Source of the DNA: Escherichia coli
GTDB taxonomy: Bacteria; Pseudomonadota; Gammaproteobacteria; Enterobacterales; Enterobacteriaceae
Length of the DNA: 64,000 bases
Assembly: GCF_051903065.1 (NCBI RefSeq)
Contig: NZ_CP178438.1
Strand: one strand, 5' to 3'
Positions within the stretch are counted from its first letter, which is position 1. Every line of letters begins with the position of its first letter. A program made the translations under genes and the position numbers. The notes under the pieces were generated by a model. It was not told where the DNA came from. It did not search any database and saw only the letters and a list, made by a program, of their open reading frames with translations. Positions 43,754-54,175 of the stretch are shown piece after piece.

Positions 43754-45901
43754 TTATTTTTTGCTTTCTTCTTTCAATACCTTAACGGTATAGCGGCCAT
43801 CAGCCTGACGGTATGCACCGTGAATATCGGTTTCAAAGCCCGGATAGTGAGCGCCGATTTCACACAGCATCTGCAGGAACTCCAGAACCGGGCGGCTTTC
43901 TTCGGTGATCATTTCACCCGGCATTACCAGAGGAACTCCCGGCGGATATGGAAGGATCATATTGGCGTTAATACGACCTACCATTTCGTCGAGGTAAACT
44001 TCTTCGGTCATACCGTGCAGCTCTTTCTGGAACGCAGCATACGGAGTCATTACCATTGTCGGCAGCACTTCAAATGCGCGATACATCAGATCCGGCAGAT
44101 TGTGGTGAACAATCAGTTTGTGGATATTCTGAGCCAGTTCCTGAATACGCATGTTTTCATAGAATTCAGGATCTTCACGATACAGAGACGGCAGCATGTT
44201 TTTCACACGCAGGTTCAGGTCGAACGCACGTTTGAAGTCAGTCAGAGCACGCAGCAGGCTCAGTGCTTTGGTCTTATCGATACCGATGCTGAACAGGAAC
44301 AGCAGGTTATACGGACCGGTTTTCTCAACAACGATGCCATGTTCGTCGAGGTATTTCGCCACGATGCTGGCCGGAATACCAAAGTCGCTCATGGTGCCGT
44401 CTTTTTCCATCCCCGGAGTCAGCAGGGTGACTTTGATCGGGTCAAGATACATGTGCTCGTTATCGATGTTTTTGAAGCCGTGCCAGGTGCTGTCAGAACG
44501 CAGCGGCCAGCATTCAGTCGTATCGATATGATCCGGCTGCCATACATCAAAGAACCAGCCATCAGATTCCGTTCTCAGACGTTTGATCTCTTTACGGAAT
44601 TTGATCGCACGTTCAATGGAACCGTTGATCAGACGCTTACCAGCATTACCTTTCATCATCGCCGCAGCGGTTTCAGTGGACGCCACGATACCGTAGTGCG
44701 GAGAAGTGGTGGTGTGCATCATGTAGGCTTCGTTAAAGGTTTCTTCGTTTACGTCACCTTTAACGTGGATCATGGAAGCCTGAGAGAACGCCGCCAGCAG
44801 TTTGTGAGTAGACTGGGTTTCGTAAATCACTTTCCCTTCTACACGGCCACCGCTCATACCGCATTTACCTTCGTAAATCGGTGAGAAGTTGGTGTAAGGC
44901 ACCCACGCGGAGTCAAAGTGGATGGATTTCACATCCAGTGTTTTCTTGATGAAGTCGGTGTTGTACAGCAGACCATCATAGGTAGAGTTGGTAATTACAG
45001 CATGTACCGGCCAGGTTGCGTTTGGTGTTTCTTTCACGCGCTTAGCAATGGTAGCGTGCTGGAATTCACTCTGTGGGATACCACCAAGAATACCGTAAGC
45101 GTTACGGGTCGGGCGGAAATAGATTGGCGTAACATCGCTCATCATCATCAGGTGGGTCAGCGATTTATGGCAGTTACGGTCAATCAGAATGGTGCTGCCT
45201 GCCGGAGCAGAGTACATACCAACAATTTTGTTCGCAGTGGAAGTACCGTTGGTCACCATGTAGCTGCGGTCTGCGTTAAAGACGCGAGCGATATACTGTT
45301 CTGCTTCTTTGTGTGGACCACTGTGATCCAGCAGAGAACCCAGTTCAGATACTGAAATGGAAATATCAGATTTCATGGTATTCGGACCAAAGAAATCATA
45401 GAACAGGCTACCTACCGGGCTTTTCTGGAATGCAGTACCGCCCATGTGACCAGGAGTACAGAAAGTATATTTACCTTCACGAACATATTTAAACAGTGCT
45501 TTAGTCAGCGGAGGCAGAATAGTGTTGATATATTCGTCAGTGGTCTGCTTGATCTTGTTAGCAATATCTTCAGCAGCACCTAGCGCATATTCAAAGAAGC
45601 TAATCTGTAAACGCAGGTCATTCAGGCTTACATCGAGAGTGGAATACGTATTAGCGAACGCGTACAACGGCAGGTTCTCGTTCATTTTGCTAATTTCTTC
45701 GCACAGCTCGAGATTATATTTATCCCAGTCAAAAATAACGCCGCACAGACGCGCATTGTTTTCGATCAGTTTTAATAAGTCGTCACGGTCGTTCGGGTAA
45801 ACAATCTGGAAGTTCAGACGTTCAAGCGCGCGATGAAGTTCACGGATGGGTTCTTCTTTAAAATAAACCCCCATGTGATTCAATATTGCAATAACGTTCA
45901 T
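43754..45901 (-). CDS. cadA: Inducible lysine decarboxylase CadA
   Basis: 715 aa from MNVIAILNHMGVYFKEEP; paralogous in sequence to AdiA at 25537-27804. Confidence 0.93.
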   Translation of the reverse strand: MNVIAILNHMGVYFKEEPIRELHRALERLNFQIVYPNDRDDLLKLIENNARLCGVIFDWDKYNLELCEEISKMNENLPLYAFANTYSTLDVSLNDLRLQISFFEYALGAAEDIANKIKQTTDEYINTILPPLTKALFKYVREGKYTFCTPGHMGGTAFQKSPVGSLFYDFFGPNTMKSDISISVSELGSLLDHSGPHKEAEQYIARVFNADRSYMVTNGTSTANKIVGMYSAPAGSTILIDRNCHKSLTHLMMMSDVTPIYFRPTRNAYGILGGIPQSEFQHATIAKRVKETPNATWPVHAVITNSTYDGLLYNTDFIKKTLDVKSIHFDSAWVPYTNFSPIYEGKCGMSGGRVEGKVIYETQSTHKLLAAFSQASMIHVKGDVNEETFNEAYMMHTTTSPHYGIVASTETAAAMMKGNAGKRLINGSIERAIKFRKEIKRLRTESDGWFFDVWQPDHIDTTECWPLRSDSTWHGFKNIDNEHMYLDPIKVTLLTPGMEKDGTMSDFGIPASIVAKYLDEHGIVVEKTGPYNLLFLFSIGIDKTKALSLLRALTDFKRAFDLNLRVKNMLPSLYREDPEFYENMRIQELAQNIHKLIVHHNLPDLMYRAFEVLPTMVMTPYAAFQKELHGMTEEVYLDEMVGRINANMILPYPPGVPLVMPGEMITEESRPVLEFLQMLCEIGAHYPGFETDIHGAYRQADGRYTVKVLKEESKK

Positions 45902-45980
45902 AGTCATATCTCCAGGTAAAAAAGGCCCCTCCCAACACATGGGACAAAATGAAAGGAGGAGCCTCGGAAAATACTTTTAA

Positions 45981-47315
45981 TTAATGTGCGTTAGACGCGG
46001 TGTGGTTATCCATTGAGTGGCTCTGGCGCTCGTGCATTTTGCGAGCATAGAACATCAGGATAATCAGGCTGACGATGAAGGTACCTGCCAGCTCGAAGGA
46101 GCTTGCGCCCATCAGCGCGATGAAGCAGAACACGCAACCCAGTACAGAGCAGATCAGGCTGACAAAGTTGCGGATGTTAACGCCTTCAAAACGAATCAGG
46201 TCAACGCAAGAGTAGAAGTACGGCAGCATAGTCAGCAGTACTGCGATACCGGTCAGTTCACCGAACAGGTCAGATGCTTTACCACCGGCAGAGTTCATCA
46301 GAGTGATGAGGATCATCAGGGCAGTCATTTTCACTGCAGCCAGCAGCAGACCTTTTTTCGGAATACCGTTGCTGTCGACTTCACCATAAACTTTCGGGAA
46401 GTTACCGTCGTTAGCGGCACGTACACCTGCCTGGCCTACCAACATCATCCAGGAGCCCAGAGAAGTCAGGCACGCAAAGGCGGTGAATGCAGAAACCAGC
46501 GGCGCAGCCCAGTTACCGAGGATAGTTGAAGCACTGATTGCAAACGGAGCACCGGAGGCCGCCATTACAGAAGACGGATACATACCGGAAAGCACCTGAG
46601 TCGCAGCGATATAAACAATACCTGCTAAACCAGTACCCAGCATGGTTGCCAGCGGAACGGTACGTTTCGGGTTTTTAACCATACCAGTACTTACAGCTGC
46701 GGATTCAACACCCACGAAGGCCCACAGGCAGAGCAGAATACTTTTAATGATCGCATGACCATCAGTGGTATCCGCAGTATTCCAGTTAGCTGCATAAGTT
46801 GCCGCATCAAACCAATGCCAGCCAACAATAGCAGTCATCACCACAGGAATAAGAACCAGCACCAGACCAATAGTGGTTAAACGGCTTACCCAGGTACCGC
46901 CGAGCATATTTACAAAGGTAAATACCCAGACGATAGCAATACAGGCGATACCCGCCGGAACAGGATCATTTAATACTGGGAAGAAGGTGGAAAGATAAGA
47001 TACAGCGGTAATACCAATCGCCAGGTTACCAATCCAGTTAGCATGGTAATAAAGAACACCTGTCTGAAAACCAAATGCAGGAGAAATTTCTCCGGCATAA
47101 GCAATTGGGCCACCTTGTTGCGGGTTTTTTGTTGCCAGTCGGGCATATACATACGCCAGCGACATTGCACCAATAATAGAGATAATCCAACCCCAGATAG
47201 CAATACCACCGATACTTGCTAGGTTCGCAGGTAATAATGCAATACCGCTCCCCATCATATTACCGGCAACAACACCGGTACAGGCAAATAGCCCGATCTT
47301 CTTGGCAGAACTCAT
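45981..47315 (-). CDS. cadB: Lysine:cadaverine antiporter CadB
   Basis: 444 aa APC-family transporter, paralogous to AdiC. Confidence 0.93.
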   Translation of the reverse strand: MSSAKKIGLFACTGVVAGNMMGSGIALLPANLASIGGIAIWGWIISIIGAMSLAYVYARLATKNPQQGGPIAYAGEISPAFGFQTGVLYYHANWIGNLAIGITAVSYLSTFFPVLNDPVPAGIACIAIVWVFTFVNMLGGTWVSRLTTIGLVLVLIPVVMTAIVGWHWFDAATYAANWNTADTTDGHAIIKSILLCLWAFVGVESAAVSTGMVKNPKRTVPLATMLGTGLAGIVYIAATQVLSGMYPSSVMAASGAPFAISASTILGNWAAPLVSAFTAFACLTSLGSWMMLVGQAGVRAANDGNFPKVYGEVDSNGIPKKGLLLAAVKMTALMILITLMNSAGGKASDLFGELTGIAVLLTMLPYFYSCVDLIRFEGVNIRNFVSLICSVLGCVFCFIALMGASSFELAGTFIVSLIILMFYARKMHERQSHSMDNHTASNAH

Positions 47316-47680
47316 GCTCTTCTCCTAATTTCATTTTTGAATTTGGAGTCCGGGTCATGATGTATAACTATTTCCTGACCAGACCAAACTGGCGCTAAGA
47401 TTACTCACGAAAAAAGGATTAATCCTAAAGATTAGGTGAAATAACACAAAAGTTTCTGTAAGTGAGAACTTGAGGTTTTTTATTAACACATCAGGATCGC
47501 AAGTTGATATCATGAAAAGATAAACATTCAATGTTTACAATAGATTGCGTGACGTCTTCTGGTTAAATTTATGTAATAAAAATTATGCGGCAAATAAATT
47601 GCCGCAACATATTATACCAACAGGAACATACAAAAACTCAACAACAAATATTCCCGAGCATGAATCAACCCGGGGGTTAC
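47316..47680 (-). promoter_or_regulatory. cadBA promoter / CadC operator region
   Basis: AT-rich 365-bp gap between the cadC stop and cadB start; individual sites not resolved. Confidence 0.5.
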
Positions 47681-49219
47681 TTATTCTGAAGCGAGAAATT
47701 TGTCGAGATAAGGTACAACATAAGGAACAGAAGTCTGGAATATACCATTTTCAATCCAGTAAAGGGTGTTTGCCCCTGGGCGTAAATTAAAGGCGGTGAG
47801 ATATGCATCAGCCGCTTCCCGGTTCATCCCCTTCATTTCATAAACCTTGCCAAGCAATACATAATTTAGCCAGGACATTTCAAGATCAATGCCAGTATTT
47901 ATCGCCTGGTAAGACTCATCTGTTTTACCTTTTACCAGAGCACTGATCGCTTTTATTTGATATATAATGGACAGGTTATTCAATTCCGGTAGTGTAACAA
48001 TGTTATCTATTTCTGTGTTCAGTGCTGCTAATTGTTTTTCATCTAAAGGATGTTGAGAATAGCGCACGATATCAACTAATGCTTTTTCTGCTCTCGCGTA
48101 GGTAAATTCTGGGGATGATTGAACAATCTCACCTAATAATTCACTGGCACGGTTCAATGATTTATCATCGCCATGCAGTAAATAATCATGTGCCTGATAA
48201 AAATTAGTTAATAACGCACCACGATGAGGCAAAATTTGCTGGAGCGTCTCCTGCATTCGTTGTGGCCACGGTTGGTTTAACGCTTTTGATAAACTCTCCA
48301 GTAAATCATTTTGAATCGCCAGCTGATTACCGTTAGTGATGACATAACGTTTATCCAGCATGGTTGAACCATCTGCATTGTCTACCAATTTTATCGACAT
48401 AAAGCATTGTTGAGCACGGTATTGGCGCTGATTAACAAACGCAATAGATAATGTTTTACCGGAACTGCTCGGTTCATCAATGTTGTAGTTGATTTTGTCA
48501 TGCACCATAAAGGTGGAGAAGGTGTTAAGTGATGTCGCCACCAAATCACCCACGCCTATCGCGTAAGAGAGCTGATACGGGGAACTCCAGCTGTTACAAC
48601 TTTTATTTACCATATTAATGTCAATATCGCGTGGATTGAGCAAAATACGCGATTTGCTCATCGGAAGACGTGTATCAAGACTTGAAAACGCTACCAGTGC
48701 TACACAGATACCTAAGGACAACAGGAAAAAAAACCATACCCAAAAGGTAGTGAATCGTTTGCTTTTAACTGGGGATTGTTCAGGTGGCGTTGCAGTGTTT
48801 TGAATGTTAAGACTGTGGGAGGGAGAATCTGTGGCAGGAACCGCCTCTGGTATAGGGGGAGGCGAAGATAGCATTATTTCCTCTCCCTCTTCTTCGCTGT
48901 ACCAGATAACCGGCACCATTAATTTATAGCCGCGCTTTGGTACAGTAGCGATATAGACAGGACTATCTTCATCATTATCTTTTAATGACTTACGTAGTTC
49001 TGAGATACTCTGCGTCACAACGTGATTGGTGACAATACTTCTCTTCCAGACATTATCGATAAGTTCATCCCTGCTAAGTACTTCGCCACTGTGTTGAGCA
49101 AAGAAAACCAGAAGGTCGATTAATCTCGGCTCAAGGGTAAGTTGACGCCCATTGCGGCTAATTTGGTTTATGGACGGAGTAACAAGCCATTCGCCAACGC
49201 GAACTACAGGTTGTTGCAT
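47681..49219 (-). CDS. cadC: ToxR-like membrane-bound transcriptional activator CadC
   Basis: 512 aa; N-terminal winged HTH, one membrane helix (FWVWFFFLLSLGICVALVAF), periplasmic sensor domain. Confidence 0.92.
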   Translation of the reverse strand: MQQPVVRVGEWLVTPSINQISRNGRQLTLEPRLIDLLVFFAQHSGEVLSRDELIDNVWKRSIVTNHVVTQSISELRKSLKDNDEDSPVYIATVPKRGYKLMVPVIWYSEEEGEEIMLSSPPPIPEAVPATDSPSHSLNIQNTATPPEQSPVKSKRFTTFWVWFFFLLSLGICVALVAFSSLDTRLPMSKSRILLNPRDIDINMVNKSCNSWSSPYQLSYAIGVGDLVATSLNTFSTFMVHDKINYNIDEPSSSGKTLSIAFVNQRQYRAQQCFMSIKLVDNADGSTMLDKRYVITNGNQLAIQNDLLESLSKALNQPWPQRMQETLQQILPHRGALLTNFYQAHDYLLHGDDKSLNRASELLGEIVQSSPEFTYARAEKALVDIVRYSQHPLDEKQLAALNTEIDNIVTLPELNNLSIIYQIKAISALVKGKTDESYQAINTGIDLEMSWLNYVLLGKVYEMKGMNREAADAYLTAFNLRPGANTLYWIENGIFQTSVPYVVPYLDKFLASE

Positions 49220-49794
49220 AATAGAAACTCATTCGAAAAGGGAATGATGCAATGATAATTGCCACAACCTATTTTTACCATCTATAGATGGGTTTATTTA
49301 CATATTATTGGTGAATGCAAGACGTTATTTTTACCAGCCATAAACTTCTTGATTACATGGTATTAAGAAAGGATTTTACTGAGAACCAGAAGTAATATTC
49401 CTTACCATCAAAATTCATCATCTTTGCCAAAGAAAAATGTTCAGAAAATAATCCATGGAAAATTGTCCGGAGCGCTTACTATTTTAATGGATTGTTAGTC
49501 TTTGCATGAGCAAGCGGACTGATACATTTCTCTTTGTTCTCATTCAGAAAATCTCATCAGTCGCCGTTCAGACCGGTGTTGTGCTTTATGGATGCGTTAC
49601 GCTCCTGATGACGTCATTTGACGTTCAACAGCATCACGGGGTCGCACGACATTTCACGTCAGTTAGTGCTATCGCTCAGGAACAAATTTTCCCGAATTGG
49701 GATATGCCCGCAAATTGCTGGTGATGTGGGGAGAATCTGGTTGAGTTCGGTAGAATTGATTTGGCGGCAGAACGCTTAAATCGTGGCGTCCTGA

Positions 49795-49828
49795 AACGAA
49801 AAACGGACCTCCGTGGAGGTCCGTTTAT
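49795..49828 (-). terminator. Intrinsic terminator downstream of pheU
   Basis: Hairpin aaacggacctccgtggaggtccgttt with U-rich tail on the minus strand. Confidence 0.65.
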
Positions 49829-49835
49829 ATGAATT

Positions 49836-49911
49836 TGGTGCCCGGACTCGGAATCGAACCAAGGACACGGGGATTTTCAATCCCCTGCTCTACCGACTGA
49901 GCTATCCGGGC
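49836..49911 (-). tRNA. pheU: tRNA-Phe (anticodon GAA)
   Basis: Minus strand reads GCCCGGATAGCTCAGTCGGTAGAGCAGGGGATTGAAAATCCCCGTGTCCTTGGTTCGATTCCGAGTCCGGGCACCA, 76 nt with encoded CCA. Confidence 0.97.
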
Positions 49912-50017
49912 AACGGGGCGCATTAAACCGTAATCTGCACATCTCGTCAACCTAATTTCAGTAAAAGCGATTCAACTGCTTAAGATTGCGGCAAATCGCT
50001 TCTTTTCTGTGTTTCTG

Positions 50018-50593
50018 TCAGGTCAATGCGCCACCCTGGCGGCAGCGGGCGAAGCGCAGGATATCTTCCGCCAGCCGATGTGCAGTGTCGACATCCGCCT
50101 GGCTACGATTCACCAGCATTCGGCTTAAACAGCCTTCCAGCACCAGTTCCATCTGCTTTGCTACCATCGCCGGATCGTCAACTTCCAGCGTGGTTAACAG
50201 TTCGTGGGTGAAATCGTAGGCCGCGCTTTTTTGCTGATCGGCTAGTTGATGAATAGGGTGGCCAGGATCGGGATAAAACGTACAGGCAGCGATAAATAGA
50301 CAGCCCGGATAGCGGTTGTTTTTAACGCACTCCGATAACGCCTGATAACGTGCCAGCAGCTTTTGTTCGGCGGTTTGCGTTTCGTCCAGCATCAGCTGAC
50401 GACGCCAGACATCTATCTGTTGGCTAAGATAACGCAGCGCATCGTAGAGGATTGCCTCTTTGTCTGGCCAGAAGCGGCGCAGCTCGTCCAGTGGATAATC
50501 CACACGTTCAGCAACCATCTCCAGCGTGGTGTTGGCAATCCCTTGTAATTCTAATAATTTCAGGGCTTCTCCCAGTACATCTTCACGTTGCAC
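50018..50593 (-). CDS. yjdC: TetR-family transcriptional regulator YjdC
   Basis: 191 aa if started at the GTG giving (M)[30 protein letters not shown]; N-terminal TetR HTH; start uncertain. Confidence 0.8.
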
Positions 50594-50629
50594 GCTATTT
50601 TCCTCCGTCTTTCCCACTGCAAGTGTCGT

Positions 50630-52327
50630 TCACGGTTGGCGATCGCGCAAATGTGCGCTGAAGGTTTCAGCATCCATAAAGCCCGTGACGCGTGCTTGTG
50701 GATGCTCCTGGCCTTGTCCGTCAAAAAAGAGAATTGTCGGTAGGCCAAGGACATTAAGATGCTTTAACAGCGCCACATCTTGTGCGTCGTTGGCCGTGAC
50801 GTTGGCCTGAAGTAAGACCGTGTCTGCTAACGCTTTTTGCACCTGCGGGTCGCTGAAGGTGTATTTCTCAAACTCTTTACAAGCGACGCACCAGTCGGCA
50901 TAAAGATCTAACATCACCGGTTTGCCTTTGGCTTCAACGAGCGCCTGATTTAACTCATCTACCGTTTTGATTTGTGTAAAGTTGAGATGCGTCTGAGTTT
51001 GCGCGGTATGCGTCGCACCAAATGCCCAATCCTGAAGTGGGCGCACGCTAACCAATGCCGCTGCAAGCAGGATTATTTGCACCACGCGCATCCAGCCGCG
51101 TTTGGCCTGTAGGCTGGTGATAAAGGCCCAGCCAAAGAATGCGACACCCAGCGCCGACCACAAGCGTAATCCCCATATATCACCAATCACTCGCTCCAGC
51201 AGGAAGACCGGCAGTGCGAGGATCACAAAACCAAACGCGGTTTTGACTTGTTCCATCCACGGGCCGCTTTTCGGCAGCAAGCGGTTACCAAAGACGGTAA
51301 TTAGCATCAGCGGCAGGCCCATGCCCAACGCATAGAGATAAAGCGTGCCGCCGCCCAGCCACATGTTCCCGCTTTGGGCGATATACAGCAGAATCGCGCT
51401 AAGCGGTGCGGTGGTGCATGGTGAACAGATCAGTCCGGCAATCGCCCCCATAATAAACACTCCGCCGGGTGAGCCGCCCTGTTGGCGATTGCTCATCAGC
51501 GTGAGGCGCGTTTGCAGCGAAGAGGGGAGTTGCAGGGTAAACAAGCCAAACATTGACATCGCCAGCAAGGTAAAGATGATGGCGAGGCCAATGAGCACGT
51601 ATGGGTGCTGTAGCGCCGCCTGGAACTGTAACCCTGCGGCGGCAACCACCAGACCCAGCGCCGTGTAGGTCAGCGCCATCCCCTGCACATAAATAAAGGT
51701 CAGCAACAATGCTCTGGCAGTGGAGAGCCGCTGTTTACCGCCCAGCACGATGCCAGAAATCAGTGGGTACATTGGCAGCACGCATGGCGTAAAGGCGATA
51801 CCAATACCGATCAACAACGCCCAGAGCGCGGAAAAGGGCAATTGCGCGGTGTACTGCTCTTGCTGCGAAACAGACACAGGCTGTGACGCTGCGTTGTTGG
51901 CGACCACTTCGCTTAACGGAACGGTTTTGGTTTCTGGCGGATAACAGAAACCGGCATCAGCACAGCCCTGGTAGGTGACAGTTAACGTCGCTCCCGCACT
52001 CGCCTGGTTGATGGTTACGGGAAGCGTCAGCCGATCGCGGTAAATCTCGCTTTTGCCGTAAAACTCATCTTCATGCCAGACGCCTTGCGGCAGCTGCACG
52101 TCGGCAATTTTCGCGTGTTCCGGCGTAATGCGGATCTGTTTACGGTAGAGGTAGTAACCGTCTTTGATCTGCCAGGTCAGATTAAGGTCATGTTGGTTTT
52201 GCTGAAAATCAAAAGCAAAGGCTTGATCCGCGGGGACAAATTGTGAACGTCCCGGCGCGTCGAATAATCCGGCAAAAACGGAAGTGCTGCAAAGTAGCAG
52301 GATCAGCGTAAAGATGCGTTGAGCCAT
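50630..52327 (-). CDS. dsbD: Thiol:disulfide interchange protein DsbD (DipZ)
   Basis: 565 aa from [19 protein letters not shown]; C-terminal thioredoxin-like CVAC motif. Confidence 0.92.
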
Positions 52328-52641
52328 GAGAGGTAATCTGTGTCTCCGTGTGTAACAGGTAAAACCAGAAGTTCCGGGGTTTGATATGGATGATGAGACT
52401 TCAGGCATTCCAGCAGTGCCTGCTGGTGAGATACGGTAGTTTTTAAAATCATCTGCACTTCGTATTCTTGCTCCAGCTTACCTTCCCAGTAATAGAGAGA
52501 GGTAGCGCCGGGGATCAAGGTCGCGCAGGCCGCCAGTTTTTCCGCCAGCACTTTGGCGGCTAAATCCTGGGCTGTCGCTTCATCCGGTGCGGTACATAGC
52601 ACCACGACAGACGCGGTATTCGAACTTTTTTCATCAAGCAT
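52303..52641 (-). CDS. cutA: Divalent-cation tolerance protein CutA
   Basis: 112 aa from [22 protein letters not shown]; 3-prime end overlaps the dsbD start by 25 nt. Confidence 0.9.
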
Positions 52642-52756
52642 AAACACCTCGCAAGAACAGATGGAACCGCAAGAGAGAGGTCACTATACAACGGACGGGG
52701 GAAGGATGTTAGTCGGCGGGAAAGAAAGCGGGGCGTGAACGCCCCGCGATTGGTCA

Positions 52757-54058
52757 TTACAGCATGAAGCTACCCAGCACGAAGCCGAAGCAAACGGCCA
52801 GGGCAACACCCAGAGTACCCGGGATGAAGAACGGATGGTTGAAGACGAATTTACCGATACGGGTAGTACCCGTGTCATCCATCTGTACCGCAGCAACCAG
52901 CGTCGGGTAGGTCGGCAGAATGAACAGACCAGACACCGCAGCGAAAGAAGCAACAGCGGTCAGCGGAGAAACGTTCAGTGCCAGAGCCATCGGCATCAGT
53001 GCTTTTGCGGTTGCAGCCTGAGAGTACAGCAGAGCAGAAGCAAAGAAGAAGATGACGGCCAGCAGCCACGGATGACCCTGAATCACTTCACCAGCGGTAT
53101 CTTTGATCCAGTCGATGTTGTTGGAAACGAAAGTATCGCCCAGCCACGCAACACCCAGGATACAAATACAGGCGCTCATACCTGCTTTGAAGGTACTGGA
53201 GTTGAGGATGTTGTCGGTATCGACTTTACAGATAACGGTGGTCAGAGTTGCAACGCTGAGCATGATGATCAGGATTGCGTTGGTGGTGTTCATCAGCGGT
53301 TTTTCAACCAGACCCATGCTTGGGCTGTTGATGATTGCATAGATAACCACGCCAACTACGCCCAGCAGGAACAGCCAGACGGACGTTTTTGCACCGGATT
53401 TGATTTCAATCTGCTTTTCACCGCGCAGTTCAACCAGGCCCTCTTCCAGACGCTTGCGATAAATCGGATCGTCAGAGAGTTTGGAGTTGAACAGCATAGT
53501 GACCAGGAAGGACATCACCAGAACCGCCAGCAGGGTGGACGGGATGACCACGGAGAGCAGATGGAGGTAGCTGATGCCATGACCTTCCATCACGGAAGAC
53601 ATGTAAACCACTGCCGCTGAGATTGGCGATGCGGTGATCGCAATCTGCGCGGATACCACTGCAGTAGACAGCGGACGGCAAGGTTTAACGCCTTGTTCCT
53701 TCGCAACTTCAGCGATAACTGGCAGTGTCGCCAGAGAGATGTTGCCAGTACCAGCAAAGATTGTCAGGAAATAGGTCACGATCGGTGCGAGGATCGTGAT
53801 GTATTTCGGGTTACGGCGCAGCAGCTTTTCTGTCTGATGAACCAGATAGTCCAGACCGCCAGCAACCTGCATGGCAGAAATAGCGGCGATAACCGCCATG
53901 ATAATGGAAATGACATCGAACGGGATGTTACCGGGTTTAACGCCAATAGCGGCAAGAACCAGCACCCCCAATCCGCCTGCAAAACCAATACCTATTCCCC
54001 CCAATCTGGCGCCCAAGAAGATCGCCAGCAAAACTATGATGAGTTCTACAACTAGCAT
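52757..54058 (-). CDS. dcuA: C4-dicarboxylate transporter DcuA
   Basis: 433 aa; paralogous to DcuB at 34688-36028. Confidence 0.93.
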   Translation of the reverse strand: MLVVELIIVLLAIFLGARLGGIGIGFAGGLGVLVLAAIGVKPGNIPFDVISIIMAVIAAISAMQVAGGLDYLVHQTEKLLRRNPKYITILAPIVTYFLTIFAGTGNISLATLPVIAEVAKEQGVKPCRPLSTAVVSAQIAITASPISAAVVYMSSVMEGHGISYLHLLSVVIPSTLLAVLVMSFLVTMLFNSKLSDDPIYRKRLEEGLVELRGEKQIEIKSGAKTSVWLFLLGVVGVVIYAIINSPSMGLVEKPLMNTTNAILIIMLSVATLTTVICKVDTDNILNSSTFKAGMSACICILGVAWLGDTFVSNNIDWIKDTAGEVIQGHPWLLAVIFFFASALLYSQAATAKALMPMALALNVSPLTAVASFAAVSGLFILPTYPTLVAAVQMDDTGTTRIGKFVFNHPFFIPGTLGVALAVCFGFVLGSFML

Positions 54059-54122
54059 ATTAGCCTTCCTTGTTTTTTAACAAGTTGATATTAGATTGTT
54101 ATTTTTAAGTTACTGCTCACAA

Positions 54123-54158
54123 GAAAAAAGGCACGTCATCTGACGTGCCTTTTTTATT
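54123..54158. terminator. Bidirectional intrinsic terminator between aspA and dcuA
   Basis: Hairpin aggcacgtca..tgacgtgcct flanked by an A-run on one side and a T-run on the other. Confidence 0.75.
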
Positions 54159-54175
54159 TGTACTACCCTGTACGA

